Assembly (NCBI GenBank): GCA_000934665.2 | Contig: KZ538295.1 | Coordinates: 310,001-364,638, forward strand | Reading direction: 5' to 3' | DNA from: Catajapyx aquilonaris | Lineage: Eukaryota | Length of the DNA stretch: 54,638 nucleotides | Translations under genes and position numbers: made by a program | Notes under the pieces: model-generated | What the model saw: only the letters and a program-made list of their open reading frames with translations | Told to the model about the DNA's origin: nothing | The model's database searches: none | In this document: positions 24,779 to 34,460 of the stretch, piece by piece | Numbering within the stretch: the stretch's first letter is position 1 | Layout: each line of letters opens with the position of its first letter

Positions 24779-27013
24779 TGGACGCAGTTATGTGAGGACT
24801 TGGAATGTTGGTGTTGGGGACCAAAGGTCACTCTCCGAAGTGTTAGAGACTGTGTATTTAAAGAAAAAGAAAGAAGAAGAGTAGGAAGAAGAAAGAAAGA
24901 AAGAAATGTGTGATTTTCACACGTAGATGTCCACATTTTTTTGGTTGGTTTTTTCTTTTGTTATGTTGATGTGGTATATACTCCCCCATTTTTAATATAA
25001 AAAAACGAACCCTGTTGATGGATCCACTTCAACTTTCCCATTGTTGTTGCAGCCAAAAAAAATTTTTTTTTTGTCATAATTAGAAGAATGACCAGAGTGG
25101 TGCTGTTGTTGCAAAAGAGGATGTGTTTTACTGCCTCATGGACATGTTCATGTTTTTTGTGGTAGACTTGCTTTATAACTGCCTATTACCCCCTTCCCAT
25201 CCACCCAACCCCCTTCCCACTTCCCCCCAAAAAAGAACCTTATTCATGACCTCCCTCCCCCTAAAATATAATCTGTTGAATGTGTCCCCCTTCACTGTAT
25301 GGTACTTAAAAGATTGAAAAAAAAGGAAGTCAGACTGTACGTCACATCGGTCTTGTACAGCTAACCTTTTAGAAGTGAGAGAGTAAAATTGTTGGAATCC
25401 TTATTATTGTTAAGTTTTATTTTGGGCTGCGATTCAGATAACACTTCCTGATGGTGATAGGATGAAAGGTTTTTAACACTTATCTCTTGCAGAAGAAGCA
25501 GCTTTGATGATTATGCTGCATACCCTCACAAGTCATGGCAACCAGATAATCCCCATGTGTAATGCAGCACCTGTTATAACAACTCTTGGCCTCCATCTCA
25601 TGGTATGTCATTATATCTTTGATTCAATGCAACGACCACATTGCATTCATCTATGAGGCGATGAAAGAAGATGGCCTCGACTCTAACAGGAGCCCACATG
25701 GTGTCACTGGTTGCTATGGCAGTCTAAATGCAATGCAATGATGCTAAATAAATATAAAATGACTGTGCACAGCAAGTTATGTCTCATTCATTACCATTAA
25801 TAATTGTCTCGGCCAAGGCTTCAGAAGTTCAAAGTCTGAGGCTTCTTACACATGGAATGACATATCCTGGCAGATATGCATCCCTCCGCGCAATTTTCGG
25901 GCCGTTTACATCGGCAAGTTTTATTCGTAATCTACGCGAGTCACTTCCTGTGACGTAAGCAGGAGTACGTGTCGAAAAAAAAAAATCTATGTGAGGGGAA
26001 AAGAACTGCAACACATCCATTTTACTCCAACACGATGTGACAGCTTCTGATTCAGATTTTAGGCTAGAAAATATTTGACCCCACCCGCCCGGCTTACAGC
26101 TGACTGCAATAAATGAAATACGCTAATTGTTTTTAAAAGCACGCTTTCTGATCCACACATCACAACATAAAAATGCTGGTGCAGTACACAAGCGAGATGC
26201 ACCATTCATTTTGTCAAAGGTTATCTCTCGACATCCTCTCTGATGTCAGCTCTTCTGTCGACCTGGATTTATTTAGAGGAGACATGATGCCTGTAAACGC
26301 AGCCAGTTCCATTCAGGGGTTGGAGTAAACTCTCCCAAGTGTATCACAACACATTTAATTAATTAATTAACAAGAAGTCCAATAGGACGATTGGACCAGC
26401 AGGATATTAGACATGGTTAAAATACGTCCAGAAGGCACGTGTGTTGTGTGTAGACAATAGATTTTGGAGATTTTGAACTGCCCCTGTCCAATCTTTCTTT
26501 CCCTGCCTGGAGTTGCATCGAGAAGGTTCTCGCTGATGACGTATCATACATCTGCTCCATATGGTAAGCATACATATTGCTGGGGGATAGTACTGAATGG
26601 ATTGTGCGAGTACGTATACCATGCCATTGAATCAGTCAAGCAGGTTCACTAGTGAAATACTGCGGCATCAATTATATTGAGTGTTATTGTTTCTAGGTGA
26701 GACAAAAGAAGGCCAGAATCTTTGCGATCGAGGACTGCATCGACACTGATCGACGCTCCATCGACGCTGACTGTCAAAATGGTCCTCGGACAGTGTTGTC
26801 GACATGAAGCATTTGACGACCACCATTAGGCTACAACTCTGGTGAGTACCTGAGCTGCAAGTCCGACAAACACGACCCTCTGACCTCTTCCATGATCCAT
26901 CCCCTCCAATTCCCGTGGTTTTTCGGTGGAGATTGTAGCTGCAGTGAATATTGAAGCTCCCGATTTTTTAAACTAATGCTACCTTGGTAGTTTGAAATTT
27001 ACGAATTTGCGAA

Positions 27014-28044
27014 TCTTCTATCATTAAAATTTTTGCGGACTATGTATAAGCGATAAGCCATCTGATTGGTCAGCCTCTTATTGTTGTTACCGCACGCTTA
27101 CTATTGGCCCCCCTTCATTGTTACTGCGGCATTACCATGACACCTGTAATAATTGGCCACTGTTCCAAGCACTTTGGTTCCAAGCATGCACAACATTTGG
27201 GGGAAGTAGCCCCTCAGTTGTCAGCTGACTTCCGATGAGTTAACAACATGAACAGTCTCTGCCACGGTCTCTGCCGTCACCTCGACCCTTCCCTGTTCCA
27301 TCCACACCCGTCCGTCCCCCCCGATTCGGTCACTGCATATCTTTAAAAAATTGTTGTATGCGCGGGTGAAGAAATGTATGCCCTTTCGAATGTTGTTACC
27401 TTAGTATGTTAATATTCGTGAGAATTAATTAGCACTTACTTCTATGACTCAGAGTGTCAATAGTCACGTTAATCAGGCATTTGGATAATCACGATGAACA
27501 TGTCCAATGCTAATCATACACATACACATGTGGAAAAAAAATGTTGGCGGCCCTTTGTTTGGAACGCTGCAGTGCGTTGATGACCTTTTGTTTGGAACAG
27601 TGCAGTGTTGGCAGCCCTTTGTTTGGAACGGTGCAGTGTTGGTAACCCTTTGTTTGGAACGCTGCTGTGTGTTGGTGACCCTTTGTTTGGAACGTTGCTG
27701 TGTGTTGGCAACCCTTTGTTTGGAACAGTGCAATGTTGGCACCATTTGTTTGGAACGCTGCTGTATGTTGGTGACCCTTTGTTTGGAACATTGTTATAAT
27801 GGGAAATTCAATTGCAAAATCAATTGTGTTTGAATTTTGAACGGCTTCTAATATGGAATCATGGACGGGGTTGGGGGTTGTGCATATGATTGGGGGGTGG
27901 GCATCATCACTGGCTGTAAGTCTGGAGGGATTAACAATGTGGCCTCCACCATCCCAGGCGGCAGGCCTAGAAAAAGCGAATGAAGAGAGTGGCCTTCTTG
28001 GCCTGCACCATAGAAAAATGTGAGCGAAGCGAGGGTTTTTCTAG
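27014..28044 (+). mobile_element. Putative non-autonomous Helitron-like element
   Basis: 5' A|TCTTCTATCATTAAAA; 3' GCGAAGC mini-hairpin followed by CTAG|T; internal minisatellite. The 5' boundary is tentative. Confidence 0.5.
27543..27793. repeat. Minisatellite, 8 copies of a 31-33-bp unit (GTTGGTGACCCTTTGTTTGGAACGCTGCTGTGT)
   Basis: Direct tandem repeat. Confidence 0.92.
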
Positions 28045-28295
28045 TCAATCTTTAAAATGGCTCCAGGTAATTGGAATGTGTGGGAATGGCAGCATTTGCA
28101 ATAGGCTAATGGTATAGAATATATGCCCCATTTTTCGAGTCATAAACTCATAATAATTAACTAAAACTGGCAACTGATGTGTTCATCCGAGCTGGCTCAT
28201 TGAACCCACTGTCATGAGGCTCCACTAGAATTTATTGAACTCGTTACGTTTCAGTTTGCGAATTATTTGACTCAAATATTGGCCATTGTACTCGT

Positions 28296-28803
28296 AAAAA
28301 TGGATGTCTTAACAGGATTTATTTTGCTGTGTGACAGAATTACTTTTATTGGGCATTCTTAATATTTCATGAAATGAAACTGTTTTTAGATGTGTCATCT
28401 GAGTAGTGAACCTGGGCTCGGAAGCTGAGAATTTGCAATATTTATTTTTCATTTGAAATGGCCACAGGAGGCATAGGAACCTTCCAGAATGTATCCCGAT
28501 TTTTTAGACAATAGTATAGACTATAGACGATGGCCATTTTTTGAGTTAGGCCTACCATACATATTCATGGCCATCGTCTACCATTGTCTGAAATATTGAG
28601 AATAATTATGGAAGGTTCCTAGTGCATTCTGTGGCCATTTCAAATGCGAAAATGGCAAATTCACAACAACTTTCGAGGAGCCCAGGTTTTCACTACTCAA
28701 AGGACATGTATTAAAGCAGTTTCATTTCATGAAATATTAAGAACAACATCCAATAAAAATTATCCTGTTACGCAGCAAAATCGATCCTGGGACACATCCT
28801 TTC
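28296..28803. mobile_element. Foldback/MITE-like inverted repeat with ~240-bp diverged arms
   Basis: TTCTTAATATTTCATGAAATGAAACTG, CATTTGAAATGGCCACAG, TAGGAACCTTCCA and TAGACGATGGCCAT are all mirrored as reverse complements around ~28550. Confidence 0.8.
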
Positions 28804-31509
28804 TGCACCATTCTTCAACTCCATCAATGAATAACGACATGCTAGAATTTTGAGTGAAATGTCAACTTGCACCACCCACCCGTCATTTATTGGCAAACTG
28901 GAGTACAGTGATGTGTAAAATGTTTAATGCTCCTGATTTGATTGACATGTAAAATTTTAAAAATTAAACCAGTGCAGTGGTAGGTCTGTCAAATGCATTT
29001 ACCCCAATATTAAGGGTAAAATATATTCTGGTTTCATGCAGCTCTTAATAAGGTGCTGTGGCATTATGGTCATTCCTTTTTCTCAAGCAAACAATCACAG
29101 CTCTTCAGGATGGCGACTATTTTGCAATGATACCAAATTCAAAATTGGTTCATTTGAAGACCAACTTGATAAGCAATATTACATGAAGGTGCAGCCTACC
29201 TTTGCTGGAGTGCTGTAAATATCAAATTTGCATTTTTACTGAATTTGGAGGTGTGGAATATCCCCTTCAGTTGATGCAAAATTGTACTTTTAAATACTAA
29301 AAGAGGACATAAACCCATTCCACAATTTATTAGTGACTTGTTGCCTGACATTTTGATCTCATGTAATCCGCCCTTTGCAGAAGCAGCCTCGAACATCTGC
29401 GTTGCTCAGGAGATGTGACTGCTGCCATGGACAACTCATTTGGCAGAGACACTCCAGCAACAAACATGGTCATCTCATTTCATCGCCTGCCCACAGCGCA
29501 ATTATGGTTCTTCGAGTGACTTGAGATGCCAACACTGCCACACTTGATGAGTCCTTTTCATTTATTGGTGCCTCAGGTGTTAATTCGTTATACTTTGGGA
29601 AGTCACTGTAATCTGTACATGGGCTACCATCCATGGAAAATGGCCTGGCAGTGCTAATTTGTAGTTGCATTATAGAAACATTAAATGTGGCAGATGGAAC
29701 CAATGAGTTGAGTAGCATTTTGCATATGGTAAGTGGCAGACTTCTCACAAAATGTGGTGTTGCGTGTTGTGTATTCAATTCAAAGAATACTTAGGCACTT
29801 GATTGAACCTATGAGGATATGGTTACTTTGCAAGTTAACGAGCAATGGCAATGGCATGGTGACATTGATAGCTGTTTTCCTCAAAGACTAGATTTCGCCA
29901 TGAAAATGCACGCATTAGTCTTTCAGTTCAAGTCTTCCCTTCAATGGCATTTTTCTCGTAACTAATCTGCTTATTATTTAGCAGTGTCTTTTTAGTGGCT
30001 ATTTAAATATCTTCAGGGCACCACTGCACTTGCCAAACGCTGGTGAAGTTCACCTAGTACGAAAATCAGCTGCATGTCCATGTCGCAAATATGAATCCCC
30101 ATTGTCACAAAGCAGTGCCATGAACTGTGTTCACCCTGCCTCACGACAACACCTGGGCATATGTGGCTTAAGAAGTTTCATGTTGCTATCGCATGACTTT
30201 TGGCACTTCTGTGTATTGCATAACAATGGATTGCACTGATTTTATTTCGCATTCTTGTTGATTTGATTTCTTTAGGCTGGAGGAAGAGCAGCAGTGATTT
30301 CCAGGACAGTTGTTGCCAGAGGAGGATGCCCATTGAATTAATCGGATGGGACTAGGCTTACAATCAACAGATAGAAAGCTGACCTTGCTCTGCACTCATC
30401 CCAATGTTTGCCCTGCCCATTGGCCCTGGGTTCAAACTTTGTGTGTGGTTAAAATTACGCCCCGAAGTTGACGTGTTTATCTGACTAAAATGAGAGTCCT
30501 TTTCGTTGGAACATTTGTGAGATTCTGAATGTGTCTGTAGAGTATTAGAAGTTACAAAGTGATTTGCAAATATGTTTAAAGCCAATATTCTAAAATTCAT
30601 CTTCTTATCTTTACAGGAACAACCGATGAGCTGATGTCCAAATGGAGTCGACGAGTGCCGCGTGTCATTGTTTTGGTCAATCACCTGTCACTTCGAGGCT
30701 TGCTAATAAACAACATTTCCCCCCAATACCATGTGACTTGAAAAATTCATTATTGTTCAGATTCCGAGGAGTAATTGCCGTTGGGGAAGGTAGGAAGTTG
30801 TGGATTGAACCTTCTTGGAGGAAATGATAATAATGACACCATATTTAATGGATCACAGATTGGAAGTTGAACCTAAATTTAGGTTACCCAATTTTCCGCC
30901 TTCAGTGCGAAACGGTATGTGCAGGACATGCAGTGGAAGGGCTTCCCTGGGAGGATAGGGGAAGGGGAGGGCAATGTCGCTTACATTGCCCATGGGGTGG
31001 GGCCTGGGTGGGGCACCCCATGGCCATCGTCCCGAAGCCTCTCTCCCTGGCCATCAGCGAATAGACGGAGGGAGGAAAGACAACGGAGCACTGTTATATA
31101 CTGTTATATACATTACACAAAAAGGCAATACAGATGTACGTAATAACAAGGGTAATAATAATAATTGTTGTTCTGACTGCTGCTCTTTTCCAGGAGGTTC
31201 AAAATAACAGTTATGGTTTAGGCTGCTTGGTCCTTTCCAGCCTGTGCAATAAAGATGTCCACAATAATAGTTGCTCCTCTGATTGCTGCTACACCTATTC
31301 CAGATGTACCAATCAGTTATGTCTGAGGCTGCCCAACAATCTAAAAAATGAAAAGTATAAGCTTATAAATAGTAATTTCACTCCAGGAGAAAATTTCATT
31401 ACCTATTTCACAATGAATTTTACAGGAAATACATAATGCTACATGTAACTAATTTTCTCAAACACTTGATATTAAGAACTTGGTCATATTTGATCAATCA
31501 TCACAATGC

Positions 31510-33130
31510 TGTCAAAACATCAAGTGATTGTCTACGAAATTTTTAATGGCAGCAGCAGGCTACAAATTCAACCCAGAACCTTTGCATTGCCAATTCCTGA
31601 TCATTATCATCATCACTTGACCCAATCAAGATCTCAGTAATTTATTGCCTTAAAACAATTTCAACCTAATCAGTTGTGCAGATGAGTCAAAAAAAAACCT
31701 TTCCCTTGACTTAATTGATAGATGCAAGATAAAGGAAGTGAATGGGGAATAAAAACCAATGGATCCAGGTATGACTTATATTGAATTAATATGCGAATTA
31801 TGAAAAATTTCCTAGAATTGCTCAAGAACGCAATAAACATGTTGGATGTGTGTCAGCCAAAAATCTTCATTTAAAGAGAGTTACTTTATTATTTCCATTA
31901 GGATTAAATTATTCACATCTGTAAACAATAATACAAGGTCATTTCTGCAGTAGTATAGAGGAAATGTGATAGTTTGCAAAAAATCTTACGAGCTGTCACA
32001 TTTTGATCCCGTTACATATGCACTCAATGAACTGACAGTTGCTCTTCTCTTAGCATAATAATTTTTCATGAAATCGCCCCAGTATAACGTATTCAAACTC
32101 GACGTTGCGAGCTACAACTTTCACCACTGTGTCTTTCGCACATGAATGACCCCACAAGCAAGTTTCAACCAAATCGGAGGTATCCGACCTTCCCTTCCCT
32201 TGTTAGTGGCACTTGCTTTGCCATTACTACTTAGTCTTTTACACACCTGCATGTAACAGTGGTTATCAAAAAAATTAGCTACTAATCATATTAGGTTCCA
32301 TTGCCACACAATCAAGTGTTTTGTGTTAGAGATTTTAAATGACATTAGTACACATACCCTTCGTAATGTAGCAGTGCGATATCCTTTAATAATAATCTAG
32401 TGAATAAGCTAGGTCTTACGCATACCTGTCTTGTTTACTTTTAATTTCTATCCTCGCCATTGAGGTCTTACTACCCTTTTTTTACAGAATGGAAGGTTTT
32501 TGTGATAATTTATGTAATGGCATTCTGGCATCAAAATATGACAGGTTGTAAAATTGTTTACAAACTGTCATCACATTTCTATACTGCAATGCCACTACAT
32601 AAGTGTTCATGTAACTGAGCTTGAATGATCCCAGTTAATGTATGCCAAGTCATATACTACTGCAGATATTTGTATTATTATTCACAGATAACTGCACATT
32701 AAGTTGCCACAACTTAATGTGCAGTGCTGAAGGCATTAAAGTAATTATTTAAATGAAGTTATTTGGCTGACACACATTCAATATGTCTTTTCAGTTCTTG
32801 AGCACTTTAAGCCCATTGCACCTAATTGGCAAATTAATTCAATACAAGTCGTAACTTGATCCATTGGTTTTTATTCTCCATCACTGAACTTCCTACTTGT
32901 CTTGCGTCCATTCTTTTCAGTTCGCCAGAGTCAATTAATTCGCCAATTCAGTCAAAGGAAAGGTTCTTTGACACATCTGCTGAACTGATTAGGTTGAAAT
33001 TGTGTGTTTGGCAATCCCTGAGACCTTGATTGGGTCAAGTAGTAATGATACCATTGCAGGATTTGAAGCACAGAAGTTCCTGACGTGGCCTATTCACTGC
33101 CCACAATATTTTATTGCTGACTAGATGTTG
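31510..33130. repeat. Old long inverted repeat: arms ~31510-32020 and ~32520-33130
   Basis: Collinear reverse-complement blocks: ACTTGACCCAATCAAG, ACAATTTCAACCTAATCAGTT, GAATAAAAACCAATGGATC, ATGTGTGTCAGCCAAA, TCTGCAGTAGTATA. Confidence 0.8.
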
Positions 33131-33162
33131 ATCTTGCAAAGGTTCATCCAGTCTCGTATATG

Positions 33163-33225
33163 CAGTGGCGTCGCTAGTGTTGTTGTCACCCGGTGCGGCA
33201 ACTCATGGTGTCACCCGCCCCCCCT
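33163..33225 (+). mobile_element. hAT-like MITE terminus fragment
   Basis: CAGTGGCGTCGCTAG start with repeated TGTCACCC subterminal motif; partner end not clearly found. Confidence 0.35.
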
Positions 33226-33359
33226 CCCAAGGGCCAGGACCCTCTCCCGTGCCCGACCGTACAGAATACTTGGTTATTTTTTAGTACTAATGAAGCTCTC
33301 ATGTATATCACTGATTGCCATGTGAATAGTTGTCATGAAAAGAACAAAATTTAAAGGTG

Positions 33360-33500
33360 TACGAGGTGTGATCGAAAAGTTCCCGGACTGTGTTCATGAA
33401 AACATTAACATTTGCCACCTTTAAAGTAGTCACCTTGGACACGTATGCAACAATTCCAGCGAATTTCCCATTTTTGGAAGCACCAAAAAAATTGCGCAAC
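33360..33500 (+). mobile_element. Truncated mariner-like 5' end
   Basis: TACGAGGTGTGATCGAAAAGTTCCCGGACT resembles mariner TIRs; no transposase follows. Confidence 0.5.
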
Positions 33501-33642
33501 AGTAATAATAATTAATAATAATTCATACCCCGTTATCAGCCGGCGGCTCTTTAGGGGGGAAATTTTTGTTTTGACTGGAACTTCATTTTATTTGCTTTTT
33601 GGGATAGGATAGGGACGGAAGGAAGCGGCTGTGGCCTGTTTT

Positions 33643-33823
33643 TTTATACCGCGGGAATTTTCATACCACGTGAATTTTCATACCACGGATATTTTCATAC
33701 CACGTGAATTTTTATACCACGGATGTTTTTACACCACGGATATGTTTATACCATGTGAATTTTGATACCACGGATATTTTCATACCACGTGAATTTTTAT
33801 ACCAGGGAAATTTTTATGCCACA
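33643..33823. repeat. Minisatellite, ~10 copies of a 17-bp unit (ATACCACGTGAATTTTC)
   Basis: Direct tandem repeat with alternating GTGAA/GGATA variants. Confidence 0.9.
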
Positions 33824-33834
33824 ATTTTTTTAAA

Positions 33835-33960
33835 CCCTGTAATGCCCCTTGGGTCATATCTGGCACACCATTTAGTGCAATTTTTATATTTCCTGTAACT
33901 GAGGTGCCAAATGTCACTAAATGGTGTGCCAGATATGACCCAGAGTGGAGCATTACAGGG
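33835..33960. mobile_element. Small hairpin MITE with CCC...GGG ends (piggyBac-like termini)
   Basis: ~45-bp TIRs CCCTGTAATGC...TGGGTCATATCTGGCACACCATTTAGTG and its reverse complement. Confidence 0.7.
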
Positions 33961-34189
33961 ATATATCACATGAAAAGAAATCATAACAGGGTTTGTTTTT
34001 TTTGTTTTTGGCAGAGGAATATTTTTTAAGAATATACAGAAACACAAAGTATCACCATTCTTTTACTTATTAGCACACTAATAAGGCAAAAAAATGTAAC
34101 CTAAATCAAATATTTTATGGTGATTGTTGAATTTTGTGGCGCCCTTTCTTTACAATAAGTACATGCTGGAGAGAGTGTCAGTATCGAAG

Positions 34190-34255
34190 AAGCGCAGTGG
34201 TCGAGTGGCTAAGGGGCTTTCTTCGTAACCTGAAGGTTGAAGGATCGAATCCTGA
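34190..34255 (+). other. tRNA-like Pol III promoter cassette 1 (A and B box), left arm; mirrored at 36229-36292 on the - strand
   Basis: A box TGGTCGAGTGG (TGGTCTAGTGG in the mirror copy) and B box GGATCGAATCC at tRNA spacing; no acceptor stem. Confidence 0.6.
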
Positions 34256-34391
34256 AAGAAAGAAGTCGTTTCTTTTTATCGCTGTGGACCTTTCTCGCTG
34301 TTACTTGGTCTCTCGTTTCACATTTATTTCTCTATGAAGTGCATCTGGTAAATAGGCTAGACCCTTCCAACACTCACACTCTCGTTGCACC

Positions 34392-34460
34392 AGAGCGTGG
34401 CTGTGTGGTAACGCATCAGACTCTCAATCGGGAGATGTGGGTTCAAATCCCTTGTCTCCT
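34392..34460 (+). other. tRNA-like Pol III promoter cassette 2, left arm; mirrored at 36023-36092 on the - strand
   Basis: A box TGGCTGTGTGG, anticodon-like loop GACTCTCAATC, B box GGTTCAAATCC; poor acceptor stem. Confidence 0.62.

Noticed and set aside
25709..25723. RFX X-box-like GTTGCTATGGCAG (a similar motif at ~43663)
   Set aside because: Isolated imperfect matches not near a demonstrable promoter; chance occurrence is likely
27543..27793. CRISPR-like periodic array (TTTGTTTGGAAC every ~32 bp)
   Set aside because: The intervening sequences are variants of one unit, not unique spacers; the context is eukaryotic and no cas genes are present
34190..34460. Functional tRNA genes (Thr-CGT-like, Glu-CTC-like)
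   Set aside because: A/B boxes are present, but acceptor and anticodon stems do not pair properly; treated as tRNA-derived cassettes
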